Assembly: GCA_051294905.1 (NCBI GenBank)
Contig: CM119378.1
Coordinates: forward strand, 3,412,001-3,476,000
Length of the DNA: 64,000 nucleotides
Origin: Botryllus schlosseri
Lineage: Eukaryota
Direction: 5' to 3'
Shown here: piece by piece, positions 1 to 14,400 of the stretch
Layout: each line of letters opens with the position of its first letter
How positions within the stretch are numbered: the stretch's first letter is position 1
Position numbers and translations under genes: made by a program
The notes under the pieces: generated by a model
Seen by the model: only the letters and a program-made list of their open reading frames with translations
The model's database searches: none
What the model was told of the DNA's origin: nothing

Positions 1-159
1 ATCTATGTTATCTAGGTTTGATGAGACAGAAATGGTACATTTGTGAGTGCGGTGCAAAATAGTTTCTGGGCTTCAAAGGTTATCTTAGTAACTCTACAAT
101 ACCCAGTGCAAATGCAGGGCCCTTGCGGACACAGAGTGGCCTGGGATCGCCAACGAAAT

Positions 160-480
160 ATCTTTATTATAATATTAATCAGTCATTACAATGATATTTT
201 AACCAATTCAAAGCACCACGAGATTGCGATATAGTGAAAAGATAGGAACATAACATAACATAACAGGAAGGTGTCGAAAAGACTTGGAGTAGTCTTCAGA
301 CACCCATCTTGGCCTAGCCCAAGAATCACAGAGTAATAAGGCACTTCATTAAAGTCCCACCGTTATGATTGAGATCTTGCGAACTGCACCAAGCCTGCTC
401 TGATCAATTACTACTTAACTCATTCAGAGAGGACAGTGGAAAGAAATGGAAGCAGGCTATTCCTATGTAATTCCAATTCC
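160..480 (-). mobile_element. Degraded LINE (or LINE-tailed SINE) 3' end
   Basis: 265-320 is the reverse complement of the CTAGGCCAAG..GGGTGTC..GACACCTTCCTG 3' UTR motif of the LINE at ~7000-7065. Boundaries approximate. Confidence 0.55.
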
Positions 481-2014
481 GAAATCCCAAATAATTCAAA
501 CCTGATTATTGCTAATAAACGGGGCCGTAGGCGTAAGAATTATTGATCTAAAAATACACATATTCGGATATATACGTCACAAGATCGCGTTTACAGGAAC
601 CAGAAGTCCAGAACCACTCAGGAGTGTGCAGTACATCATCCATATCGCAAATTCAATTCTGGATCTGGATCAGGATTTGGATTTGAAAATACCAAATACT
701 ACGAAATCCGCTCATTCTTTGAACTATGCACCAAATTCAAGTGGCTCCTCTCGGCATTACTGCATCGCCGAACAATTTCAGTATCGTTCTAATCTATCCT
801 TGTTAGTAGCCCTGTCGGAGAAGTATTCGGACACACTATTAATTATAGTGCGGTGGTGGCTAAATGCGGATTTAGTTGGAAGATTTCACTATATACCCTG
901 TATCTTTGATGCCGTTAGGTAACTGCACAAACGCCACCATATCCATGGGCATAAATAGTTATGTTTTTGTGGGTTATGAGTCATGGCTGACAACCACGGA
1001 CTAATTGCGAGACTCCGATAATTTCCTTGTAATTTGTGGTGCGGCAGACTTCTTAACTTATATTTTTGCACGTTTAAGATACGCGATTATCGAAACAATG
1101 CCGATATTGTGCTCAAATACAGGTAATGCCTCAACGTGTCACAGAATATGCACAGTGGAAAAATTGAGAACGCAGTGCATATCGTACACATGTCTATGTC
1201 ACATTTGCAAATCCCTCAGATGGTATTGGTAATTACGAATCGCTTGTGGCAGTTTGCCTTTTTAATTGCGAGATATGGGTTAATACGTCAGCCAGATATA
1301 GCCAAAGTCTCATGTGATGACGGTTTCATGCCGCAGCAGAGAAAGGGTTAATCAATCTGCAGCAGAGGCGCGAAAATTGTATCTTTTGAGGCATCTATTC
1401 GACATGGAAAGCGTATGAAACGCCGAGAGATAGCGACCAATTTTGTTGACTGGGACAAACGGGTATTTATCTAATTTACAACACTTGCACTACCAATTAA
1501 AAGGAATTGGACGCGTTCCCACGATATTCCCGACCGGATGCCTGACACATTGAGGCTCAGGATCAGTGACCACAGATCACAAACAAGATAATGACATATG
1601 ACATTCGCCGGCTTGCATATGGAAATGGCAATTTTTGTGAACTTTCTGCTGAGTTCTTGAATCGTCTGAAAAGAGATTATATTTTAATGATCCCGTTTGA
1701 CGACCGCAATTTTTATTCCGCACAAACGCTTGCCTGTGAACTTGGGTGGCTGAATATGGAATTTGGCGAATTCGGCATTACAAATGTAATACATTGTATT
1801 ATTATGAAAGCGATTCATCAATATTGCATAGATAAATTCGAAAATAGATGTTTCACTGAATGTGAGCGTGAATTATAGGGAGGGCATTTGTATATATCAC
1901 GGCAGATATAGGTCATGGCTGGTGAAAGGGTGTGGTCCACCTCTCGTCCATGTATGGTCGGATTGGGTTAGCGACCACCAGCTGGCGTGCAACTGATTGA
2001 CGGTGCCTGTAAAG

Positions 2015-3193
2015 GAGGGGTTCTCAACCCGCGGCCCGCAGACGATTATTTTGCGGCCCGCGACGTATTTCATTATGAACGCAATTGCTGCTGGCACAGT
2101 ATTGTTATGGAAGACCGATGTGTCATATTTTTCGAAGAACAGTTGCTGTAACGAAGCGTAGAAGCTGAAAATGATACCACGATAGTTTATTTTGGAGTTA
2201 TACATATTGCCTGATCTTAAGTAAAACGTTGCTAGCTCGGTGTTTCATCCCAGCAATCCATATGTTGGGGCATTGTTAAAATTGCCGACGACGTTACAGA
2301 CGCATTGTTCAAAATTGCTTAGAATATCGCTAAACCCAAGAATTTGCGAGAGAAGGTGTGACTTCAATAAAACTTCAACGTAATGTGCGAACATTCGCTG
2401 TTTCTAACCTAGCAGCAAGGCCAACAACAGGCCCAACACAATATCACCTGACAAATTTCGAAGTTACAGTTGTCTGATTCAACCGTCACCAGAAGAGTAA
2501 CAGCAGTCTCAGTCGATTTTTTATCGCATGTTCTGAAACACGTTGCCACGTATAGACTACTTCAGCCTCTAGCGTTGGACAAATCCACCGACTTCACACA
2601 CGCTGCATAGCTAATTATCCAGCTGCGTTTTATCAGATTGGTCATGGACATATTTCCAGAGGAAATGCTGTTGGGACAAACGTGCGAAGGGAATCAGTGA
2701 AAAACATAAACTTGACAAAGCTGACATGTGTAACTATTGGTGTAGGGCTCAAGCCATGGATGGAAATGAGATGGGTTGGGTTGATTGATTTGCTCAGAAA
2801 TGACTCCACACTCCAGAATTCTTCTCGTATCACTGAGAGCTCAAAGTGATAATGGCCTCTGTAACGAATAAGATACCGTAATCTTATGCTTGCTTGCTCG
2901 CTCACGCATTGAAACAGAGAGTTTGATTCTCTGATGCACGCTCCATGAAGGGATTTACTTGCGCCGCAGAAAGATAGATGTTCTCACAAAAAACAGCAAC
3001 TGCAAACTTACGAACGCTGTCAATTAATGCTTTAGAATGCATAAAAATGTACTAAATGTCCGTATAAGACTGGTAAATAGGCTACGGTACCCTAAATTTA
3101 ATAGTAGCCCCTATGGTGATAATGTTATGCGGCCCGAGGCGTCTTTTGCTTTTAAAATGCGGCTCGTTATACGAGGGAAGTTGAAAACCCCTG
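2015..3193 (+). mobile_element. Internally deleted hAT Buster/Charlie transposon with decayed transposase
   Basis: TIRs GAGGGGTTCTCAAC / GTTGAAAACCCCTG, perfect 8-bp TSD CTGTAAAG, GCGGCCCG subterminal repeats. Frameshifted remnants KLQLSDSTVTRRV, FSLALDKSTD..A*LII.LRFI and PEFFSYH at ~2460-2835. Confidence 0.88.
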
Positions 3194-3923
3194 CTGTAAA
3201 GGTACCGAATATACCGGTAATCGTGTACAAACATATTCTGTTTTCGAAGAAAATATATATCATTTGTATTGTTCATTTGAGACAAGATGCTGAACAAATT
3301 TCTGTTGGGGCCTTGACATCGGCTTATATGTTGTCGAGTCGGACCCGTTTCTTTTGGGTTGCATTATAGCTGTACGTTATCTCCTCAGTTGATCTAAATG
3401 GCTTATGTTCTACTTTATTGAACGCCGGCGACGGAAAAATCGAAGATTTGTTCGCAGCTTATCGTATATATTATTAGTTATTCACAAATAGTTAACTTTA
3501 CTATTCAGCGATATTGTGAGAATTACGCACAACACTGTTGACCCAACACAGTTTTGCGTCACATCGGTGAATAGAGTCTCGTGCAATTATGCAAACTTCC
3601 ATCATGTGTATATTATACGTGTATGTATATATGTGTCTGCGTCGATCATTCCACACGTCAGAAACCAACATTCTTTCCCCTCGTTCAGTATGAAAATTCG
3701 TATTATTTATCGTGTTTGATATGTCAAAATATGCGAAAAATATCACGCTATTCGGTCCTTGTTGACAATCCATCAGCAAATGTATAATGTCCGTGAAAAC
3801 CATATCTTTACAAGAGCAATCTTTACGTAACCAATTTCTTTGGACTGAACGATGATCAAATTCCAGTGCCTAATTGTAATCACATTCCCTTTTCCTGCAA
3901 ATTCAGATTATATAAGTCATCAC

Positions 3924-4507
3924 TAGGGCAAGCGTTTGCAACGTTTGCAGCTTTTTTTTACAACTTCCGGAAGCTTCCCAAATAGTAAGAAGTTATGTAG
4001 TATGGTGTTTTAAGCTGTTTGGAGGAATCATATATTGCAACTGTTGGCAACTTTTCTTCATTTTTCCATGCAACTTTTTGCAACTTGTTTTGATTTTTCA
4101 TGTAACTTTTCACAACTCTTTTCGATTTTTCATGCAACTTTTTGCAAGTTTTTACGATTTTTTTATGCTACTATTACATTTTCTGGAAATATTTGACACT
4201 TTATGTAAATATATCGCTCGATTACTTCACTGTCGTAAAAATTTGAAGTCCTTTCTGATTTGACGTGCATTCAGGCTAGACCGCTGAAAGTTATATTTTC
4301 ACTGCGTCTATTTTTTTTCCGGCTATTGATTTTGTTGAAGTAGCTAACATTGAGTTTTGCTACAATGCCTTGGCTACGGAACGATTAGAGTATCTCATAC
4401 CCTTATAATTTCGAAGAACCTGTCCATAAATGCAACTTTTTACTGCAACTTTTGTGAAAAATAAATACAACTTTCCACGGATTTGACTGCAACAAAAACT
4501 TGCCCTA
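3924..4507. mobile_element. Non-autonomous hAT element
   Basis: TIR TAGGGCAAG / CTTGCCCTA, 8-bp TSD GTCATCAC, many GCAAC(TT) subterminal repeats. Confidence 0.88.
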
Positions 4508-6001
4508 GTCATCACTTCTCAGCCGGACACGTGCAGAACCTTCACTTTTGAGTAGGGTTGCCCATTATAATGTATTGTGTGAGCAACACCGGCAAACACT
4601 GCATCCAAGAAATTAACTTATAATTCTACACTCCATGTATCCTCGTCTCAGATATGTTAATATCGCGGGAATAATTACAATTGGAGAGACAGGATTGTAT
4701 TTCGGAATTACTAAATTGCTGTTGAGTTGAACTCGTGTCACACCTTGAAATTATAAGCTCAAAATTAGGAAAAGGCGTTGTGTCGCTTCTTTTCCCAGCT
4801 GCTGTGAACACTTATAAAACGAACTCAATTCACATTGTTTATTCCATTGTATTGCACTACCAAGTAATTGCTCATTTATATCGGATGAAACCATATTTAT
4901 CTGATTGAACTGAATCGAATGCATGCAAATCAGAGTTACTTGTGGTGGGTGGATCGCCCTAGGCTTCTGTTTTCGTTTACTGTATAGCAAGATACATTTT
5001 CGGATTATGAAATTACGCTTCGGTGTTAGCTGTCTGCGTGTTATCGTCTCACTGGCTCACGGTATAATGTCATCTTCTATTGGTATTAGAGGTTTTAGTG
5101 GTTTTGCGGAAATGATGATTACAGAGTTTTTATAAAATGTGACATTGTAATCCTCAAGATCGTCGTTATCACGAAAAAGGTCTTTGAATATTATTAAGTA
5201 TGCCGATTGGAATCCTCACTTAGGGCAGGCAATTTACATAATAAGTTTCGCTCAATTTCCAGACACTGACTAGCCTTTATAATATACAAGGTTATCATAA
5301 TTATCCGTTTAATTGAAATGTGATCAAATAGTCAGATAGTTATAGCTACCCAAGATATGGTAACATTTACTGCGGGTACACAAAATCATTGCAAAAACTA
5401 ATACACGCCGACTTGTTTAATTATATTCAATTCACACCGAAACTAGTCCGGAAAATACTACTAAGGTTGGAACATTAACATTTGAAAGGGTGTCTGCTAC
5501 GTAGTCCTACACCGAGCAATAGCTCGCCATATAGTCGATGTAGGGCATGGCTTTTCAAACTATATTTAAGGCCCGGCTGAGCACTATACAGTAGATGAGT
5601 AAATGATATATTGACACCTAATTCCTATACTGCAGGTAGCCAGGAGAAAATCTAGGGGCAGAGACGAAAAAGTTCCACATCAAGGTTGAGATTCCGCTTG
5701 AACCGGGGGCAAATGTATTGATTCACAACACTTTACTGATTGTACAGAACCATATTTCCACTGACTCTCTTAATCCAACATTGCAAATTGAAACAGTGGG
5801 ATCCAACGGATTTTACTGAAGAGTCGTCATGACCATTCCATTGAGGGCCAAGTAGTTTGTAGATTACGGATACAGAATATATGTTGTTCGTTGTACAGTA
5901 CACGCATAGCTTAATATTGGGACAGACGGCACATCGTCTGTTTGTCAAATGTAGCTATTTGCTCATTGCTCCGCCGATTTTGTAACGTAATCATATTATA
6001 T

Positions 6002-7894
6002 TAGGGTTGCCATACGTCCGGAATTTCCCGGATATGTCCGGAATTTCACTGGTAAAACTGCGTCCGGGAGGAATTTCTAAAATATGCCTAAATGTCCGGA
6101 ATTTTGAAGGCTTGAAGTAAGCTCATAATTTTTTCGTAAATCATCATAAAAAATATTATTTTGGTGAATATTTATGCTACATGAAATTTTTCTTCGCGCT
6201 GCGCGCGATTTAACAACACATATATCGGTTTTAATACGGGGACTACCACCCTTGCAAATACTACGACCGAAACTAAATAAAAATAACATTCATTTGCGGA
6301 GTATCAGTCCCTTGAAACTAAATTATCACCGAAGTGCGGCCTGTTCTACAGCCTTAGGCGCTTCATGCCAGCATGGGTTCTTCTGATACTCTTTAAATCC
6401 TTAATCCAATCGAAGTTACACTATGGCATCCTCTGTTGGGGGGCTGCCAGTAAAACTGCACTCAAGCCACTGCAAAAACTACAACATAAAGTACTCCGAA
6501 TCATAGCTAGGGCCCCAAAGGGGCCTGGCTGCCCATCCAACAAGTCGCTGCTGAAGAGATTCGGCGTCCTAAACATAGAAGATATGCGGAAACTAGAAAT
6601 CGTCAAGTTTATGTATCAGTTCCACTGCGGTCGTTGCCCCGAATATTTCAATGACTTCTTTACCTCGGAATCAAAAGCGCACAAGTACAACACACGCGCG
6701 TCCACGTCGTCCAAATATCATATGATCGACCGAAAAGATCATCGCTCTATCAAATATGCCGGACCTGATGTGTGGAACAGTATCCCGCCGGCCATCCGAC
6801 AGTCGACGAGCATGTCCACATTCAAGTCGAAATACAAGCAATTACTACTAAATAAATACAGTCCATCCTCAAGATTACCGGACCACGACTGACCTATCGA
6901 TCTCGCTTCCCATGACATGCCGCCCTATTTATTGTCGCTTTCTTTTTCTATACTATCTTCTTCACTTTCATTCAGTGTGCATGCCTCCTCTTTACATCGC
7001 CTAGGCCAAGGTGGGTGTCAGATTCCATAGACTGCTCCTTGTCGCTTCGACACCTTCCTGTCTTTTCATTGTATCGCATTTTTTGTGGTGTATTGAACTG
7101 ATAAAATTGCTAATAAACCAATGATGATGAGATAAGTCGAATTGTAATCGCAATTACAAGATAACGTTATATTCATAGAGTCGGTTTAGGCCGTTTGGAT
7201 GCTTTTATTCAAAGATAGTGGTTCTAAACCTGATGGGGGTAGTTTGCCTTTATTCTGGGGTTCATGGAGATGTTGAAAGAAATCAGCTTCCTAAATAGGC
7301 CGTGAATAAGTCTGGGCAAATGTGCTGACCATTGATTAGCAATCAGCGCATTAGATTTTGAGCTGGGCCACGGAACATTTTCAAATTGGAATCGGAGTCG
7401 CGACCATAAAAGGTTGGCAACCACCGGATGTGCGGTGTTTATATAGGTCGGTGGTGCAGTGAGCACCGGCATTATTAGACTGATAAATTATCTTATCGGT
7501 GTGACATGTACATGACTTAACGATGTGCAATTACGCTCCTTGCGTTTTTGAAGTAATCATCTTCCACCAGCTCTACCGCTAACTCTGATCATGTGGGCGG
7601 AGAGAGGATCAGAAATACATAGTAATATATGGAAGAACCAATATTATTGACATAATTCATTCAGTTAATTTAACGACCAGATGCATATAAAAACCATATG
7701 CATATATTAAGACCCAAAAGTTGCATCGATTACCCTACGGTGGGCCCAAGATCGTGACCACCTCTGGTCGAAAGACAAAGCTTTGTTGGTTTGACGTCAT
7801 ATTGATCGACAATGTGCTCATACCTCATTTTTAAATCCGCTAGTGGGCGCTAAAGGGCGTCCGGAATTTGTGCTACAAAAATATGGTAACCCCA
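6002..7894. mobile_element. Non-autonomous hAT element hosting a LINE insertion
   Basis: TIR TAGGGTTGCCATA / TATGGTAACCCCA, 8-bp TSD TATTATAT, GTCCGGAATTT subterminal repeats at both ends. Confidence 0.85.
6372..7130 (+). mobile_element. 5'-truncated non-LTR retrotransposon (L2/CR1-group) ORF2 C-terminus + 3' UTR
   Basis: ORF 6365-6892: LIQSKLHYGILCWG..LQKLQHKVLRII..HKYNTR..SIKYAGPDVWNSIP..FKSKYK, a typical post-RT region. Followed by a 3' UTR stem-loop, AATAAA and a short ATG-repeat tail. Confidence 0.88.
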
Positions 7895-8730
7895 TATTAT
7901 ATAAGCTCGCATTAACGCATGAAACGAAACAAAAAGAGCAACAGGTGAATTCCTGGAGCAATATCGAGAATTAGATAACGATGAAAATTGGTGACATTTA
8001 CGACATATTCTATGAAAATAACATCAATGCCTATCGCTTCATCAGAATTCTCAAGGCGGTTCTCGAATCCTCAGATTGCATATTACTCTCTGTTATGATG
8101 TACGATATTATCAGGTTACCAAGTTTCAATATAGAACACGATGACTGTACGATTAATTTTTTTGATAATTGAATTTTGACCTATGACATATCACAAAAGA
8201 TCATTACATTTGCAAGAAGTAAAAACGGCTTGTCTTGGGTAAAATAGCAATTTCATTACAATAACATTATTATAAAACACTCGACCTGTAACTTTTACTC
8301 ACTTCACGCGAATATAGATCTCATTTTGCCATATTTAATGGAACCAGAAATGATTTACCTCGCATAGACAGTGCCGATGAATAAACTCGTCCATTGTCGA
8401 TATTGTTGTCTGTTCACACAAGTTTCGCCAGAAGTAGAAAATATCAACATTTTTCTGCAATGGGGTATCCTATATGCACCATATCATGTCTTTGCCGATA
8501 AACGTTCGCCGCTCGGTCATTGCCACTCTATAAGCTTACAATATCACCCCGCTCTTATAAATACTTCGGTGTGTATTATGATCAGTCTCCAAACGCGTTC
8601 ATACCGTCATATGACTAATGGATGAAGATTTTATATTATATCATTATATGCTCTGGTCTCGTGTGGAGACAGAACTGATGTTGTAAAGTTAGCGGTAAAC
8701 TCAGTAACAATTTAGAACATACCTGTACAT

Positions 8731-9348
8731 TAGGGCTGTTCAAAAATAACTTTTTTTCGTGAATCTTCTGGGTTACGTGATTAAATCGTTAGGTTGCCTT
8801 AAAAAACGACGCACACCAAATTTGAATTCATTCCCATCAATAATCGCGGATTTCGTAGAGTTCGAAAATTTCGAATTTGCCTATGAATGCAAAAAAAAAA
8901 TTTCTTAAATTTTTCTTCCAACCCCATAATATTGTTGCGCTGTCTTCAAAAACGACGCAAAACAAATTTGACTCAATTCCAAGCCGTAGAAGCGGAGTTA
9001 TTTCAGTTTTTCGATGATAATTCTTGGATTATCCTTGATTGGGGGATAATCCCAGAAATATCATCAAAAAACTCAAATAACTCCGCTTCTACGGCTTGGA
9101 ATTGAGTCAAATTTGTTTTGCATCGTCTTTGAAGACAGTGCAACAATTTTATGGGGTTGGAAGAAAAATTTGACTAATTTTTTTTTTTGCATCCTCAGGC
9201 AAATTCGAAATTTTCAAACTCTACGAAATCAGCGATTATTGGTTGGAATGAATTCAAATTTGGTGTGCGTCGTTTTTTAAGGCAACCTAACGATTTAATC
9301 ACGTAACCCGGAAGATTCAAGAAAAAAAGTTATTTTTGAACAGCCCTA
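8731..9348. mobile_element. Foldback hAT MITE (near-perfect 618-bp palindrome)
   Basis: TAGGGCTGTTCAAAAATAAC..GTTATTTTTGAACAGCCCTA, ~300-bp arms, 8-bp TSD CTGTACAT. Confidence 0.92.
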
Positions 9349-11433
9349 CTGTACATTGTGCGTTCTTAGCTGTTTTACTTTCACAGCGACGGCATAATGG
9401 TTCGAAACTTTTGAAAAATTGCTTGGCACCGGTGTCAAATCACATGCCTAGCGGCAAACGTCCGCACAACGCCTCAACTTGTGAACAGACGCAATTGCGC
9501 AAGCAAAACCAAAGCAAACCTGAAATTACGCAAATCGAAACGCCGCGGTACAGGCAGTGCTGAGCACCGAATTCGCGGACGCGGTGAGCAATAACTCTGA
9601 ATAAGGATCTCCTAATTTATCGATATCGCTTCGGGTTAATAAAGCTTTGCTTTAGAGACTGAGAAATAAACGATAAATAATAAACAGGGAAGTAGTTGCC
9701 GTTATTTCGATTAGAGCTTCAAAGCATGTACGTGTACAGTGTACAGTATAACGCTGATCATCATGGGTAAAAGTATTTAATTGGTGCTAAAAATCCAACG
9801 AAACGTGCGGAATCTATATGATTACGTTTATCATGGCAATTGGTGGGCTACGTAAGGAATTGATAAAGTTGATGCTATTCCACAACCACAGGACGTAATC
9901 CGTTGAAGCACTAAGCCTACCAGCGTTGATTGCTACACATGACCACAAGAATGCGTACTTTGCAGGCTTGTTTTGTCATTTGTAGAGTTTATTGGAGGTA
10001 CAGCGTCAAAATACCATTGAATAATATAGTCATATTGGAATAAACCCGGATATTTTCGGCTGACACACGTCAGGGTTGATCGTCAGCAACTAGTAGAATA
10101 ATTGGAAAGCAACTAGTTCAATATTCTTTCTCGTTATTTCAGTATGAATATATTCTTTCTATTTCTTTTTGTTTTATAACAGAAATTTCCACTCACGATG
10201 ATATGACATTTTCATTACGTCGTCTCAGCTTATAGTTGACGCTGGTGACCAGCAGACTATACAAGCCGAACGTCAATGCAGCACTATCCCTCGTAACGAT
10301 CAATCATTCATCCTAACAAACTTGATTCTTCACATGAATTTTTTTGGATAAGGAGGTATTTATTGATGTTGAGGTAAATAGCAGAAATCTTTCATGTATA
10401 CATTGGCAATTGTTCCTATTAACAAGATCCTATGAAAACAAAATTATGACCAGCCTTCCATGTCATATGTATCTGATAAGTTATTATCCGTAAAACGGCA
10501 TAACAGAGACCGCCCAATTGCAATTTATCGTCATTCTCGAAGATGAGTAATATCATCTGAAGCTCCACTTCGCGCGTATGGCGCCAACTCATAAAATCTA
10601 ACCTCAAGAACGGATAAATCCATTAAACTTGATCGCAAAAAAATATGACCATCGCAACAAAGAGGCTGTATTCGGTGTGACGCTTATACTTGCAACGTTC
10701 AATATTTGTTGTCAAATCGTAGATTATCGAGTCGGTCTACGGCTACAGAGAGCAGGTAGATGAAAAAAAAAAAAAATTGTGCGTAATTTGCAGAAACAGG
10801 TGTAATTTGAGCAAAGGTCGATAATTTCGATTGACGGATCGAAGTGATCATTCAAATCAATGTGTAGTATAAACACATATTATTAGTCGCGGTAAGACGG
10901 TACAGGGTAAGGCAGGACCTTTGTGCAGTACATGCACGATGATTATTTTATACCGTTTACGCAAACCGTGTGTAGTTTGTGATATGGTTTTATCAGTGGT
11001 TTAGATAATTCCTGTTGCGAGCATGTTTCTCGTATTTCTACATAGAACATATGCTGATTTACTAGTTGCTGGACGCAGACTCGTGTAGAAGTTGTTTTTC
11101 TACATTTTTGGCCAGGTGAAGTCGAAATTCTAGTTCGCTCGGAAAACATCGTCTTTTCGCTCACTTTATAATTCGCGTCTCGCGCGAGCAGTTTCTCTTT
11201 GAAATATACGTCGTTTTTTCTCATTTCAACACTCTTCATTTCTGGCAGTTTTCATTTTTTCGTCGGTGCACGGTTTTTGGTGATACCGAGTATAAAGTCA
11301 CTATTACTAAATTTTCTTCTTTCAATATCAACTTTCTATTTCGATGATAGCGAACCAGAATATCGGCAAGATTCGCTAAGGCTATATCTTATCATTCTTT
11401 GTCGAACAGAGACACTGTATAGTGTAGTCTAAA

Positions 11434-14400
11434 ATGTTTAAAGCACTATTGGCGCTCTGCGCGTTACTTTTATTTCTTCAAGAGTCAGAAGGTAAGACGC
11501 GTTTTGCGTAACGGCAGGTCTGCATATTCACATTTCAAGCTTTCTTTGTTGCATGCCGTGAGATCTTTGGATGGTACTATTTTGGACAGTATATGTCGTT
11601 TACCATTTACTCGTTACACCGGATCACGGTATCCGTACAGATTTGGAATATTTATCACGAGTAGACACTCATCGATCTCTTTCTCATTCGCTAGTGGCTA
11701 ACTTCATTACTGGATTATCCTCACTTCTACCTCACGCAAAATGCACCGATTAGTGAATTACAATCCTCAACTTAGGCCTATGCTGAAAATTACAAATGAA
11801 TCATTATTATCAATTATTATTAAATCCAAGTTATCGTGCTTATAACAACAAATGCATAATCACCAGTAATGAGAATGGCTTATTACCTGTCTGCAGAAAT
11901 TTGAGAACTGCTTGCCACCTATTAAATTCATGCGTCATGTCCTCTAAGCAACGCAATATAAATATATAAATTCGGTTACAAATGAATAATGTATTCATAT
12001 TGCAGTAAGTAAACACTAATATGTCTATATTTGCTGTGTATTGCTATGAATACATCCGTCATTACAGAAGTCTGTGGGGCCATTCCCCGTTTTAAATAGT
12101 GCTAAATGGTCTACAATAATTTTTCTATAACCACGTAGCATGATAGGATAATCAGTGTATTGTGGTCGGCATACTGGCGAGATATATCGTAGGCATGTAG
12201 TATTCACCCATGCGATGGTTACTTTGGGTCGGCTAAGCGGTTTAGAGACTGAAATGCGTGAAATGCAAGGCCGGTGAATTCATTCGACCCAATTTTCGGC
12301 AATTTCCGTTACGTGATGGTGAGTTCAAAATCGTGTATTTTCATTCCAGCGGTTCGTTGCTGGAAGTGCGACAATGCTTTAAATAACGACGACTGCCTAG
12401 ACAGAGGATTCAGCGTCGAATGCGCTGGAGAGAGCGTAAGATTTTCTTTGATACATAGCGTATAAAAACATATCGTTGATGTGAAGTAAACCGGTTGAAC
12501 AAGTGCTCCGCTGGTGTCTTGCTACAGCCTCAACGCTGCTTCATTCGTGAAAACGGGTGCAACTGTCGTGAGCGATGTGTAATGAACTGGGTTAGGCTCT
12601 TTTTGTATCACTCTTGATCTGGCCTCGGGCTGTTCGTCATCGACACGCTCCGCGATTAACATCGCGCCGAGATAATTGCTAGCATTTAATAAGGCACGAA
12701 TCGTTAACGCGCTTCAGGTAAGCCTCCGTGATGATTGCGAAATATCTATCACAAACACTTACAAAACATAACATAATATCAAAACAACTATCCTAGCATC
12801 GCCATCAGTGTAACGGATTTCAGCACAGAGTACATACTGTGATCCAAATAACCTTTTCCAGGGTGGATGTTTCGCCGAAATTAGGTATCATTGGGGTCTC
12901 ATTCCTCCTATCAGAATCACAAAGCGTTGTAAGCAAGGACTCGCTTGCGATAACAACGTTGGCCAGGTATGTTAGCGTTTTTACAGTTAAAACCAACACT
13001 CATGTATACATAAAAATATTTAAATTCTTCAGAACGACAAGGGCAACCATCCATTCCAATGCAACCCGAAAATCCCTGAATCGATCTGCAGATGTTGCTG
13101 CGAAACAGAGGATTGCAACAAGCCAGAGTTAGGATGTCTCCCATGTTCGTTACATAGATTCGACGAGAAAATAACCCTGAAATCAAGCAACGTATTTTGT
13201 TCAATTTAGCTTATCCTGATTGTCCTGCTCTCGTCGTGCCAGCGAATGGAGCAATGGACTGTAAATACGATGCCGATCCTCCATCCATCGGAGAGACGTG
13301 CGAATTCACTTGTGACGAAGGTCAGGACCGGCAGGCTGCATAGTGCATAATAAACGTTAACTTCATGCATTACTGTCATTGAATAATAATCTTCACAGGA
13401 TACGAACTGGAGGGCGCGAAGGTTCTCGTATGTGGGCCGAAGAACAACCGAGTATCAGAATGGAATTACCCAGAGCCAGTTTGCAAACGTAAGGATTCGT
13501 CTTGCAGTTACAGCCGCTACTCACATCTCGAACTTACGCAATCCTGTGTTGAATGAATTTATCTTACTCTCCAGCACCACTTATCGACACTGCCCTATTA
13601 CGTTACTGTGCAATGTGCAATATGTGCAATTGTGCATGTGCAATTGTGCATTGTGCATCAATGAATTAACATTTAGCATGGGTAAAATCGCGATAATGGG
13701 GCTTGTCACATCACAGGTTTTGTGCGCCACATCTGCAAGAGTTACTGCAAGGAAGTCTAATTAAATACACACATATGTATATAATATACATCGGTTAGTC
13801 TTAGTGACATTGACTTGTACGTTGAATATACGGAATCGGCCTACATGGTACATAAATTTCATCGGTACCAGCGTATATATATAGATATTAGATATACAAT
13901 ACACACGCTGTATGTAGGAATGCAATAAAAACAAAAATCAATTTAAAACAAGGCTCTCATTTAAAACATGCTTTTTTAAGTCATGACGTCACGGGTATTC
14001 AATTAGGACGTCACAAAGGAGTGACATTGACGATTGAAAATATAGGGTAAATATAGCTCCTTTGACGAAATATCTGTACTATAACTGTCGAACCGACCAT
14101 TTTGAGGGTTCCAACCATCCCATATCGATATACGTCGGCTAAATCGGGTGGTAATTGTACGTAGGCTCATGCAACATGATTTTTGGAAAGTATTTACACG
14201 ATTACGGCATAATTTTACAACTTAAAAAAACAATTTTTTTTTAAAAACACTTTGTTTAAAACATAATTTAAACAAAGTGTTTTAAAACACCGTTTGTTTT
14301 AAATGCAGCACTGGCTGTATGCATATATAGCTATTAGTTATACTATAGAACTCGTCCCTGCTACATTATCAAGTATTTTAGTGTCAGTGAGAACATCTTT

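Noticed and set aside
860..1351. piggyBac-like element ending AGGG-TTAA
   Set aside because: No matching TTAA-CCCT left end was found.
12528..12617. Possible extra Cys-containing exon in intron 2
   Set aside because: An acceptor-like site is present, but the frame hits a stop with no convincing donor, and the LU domain is complete without it.
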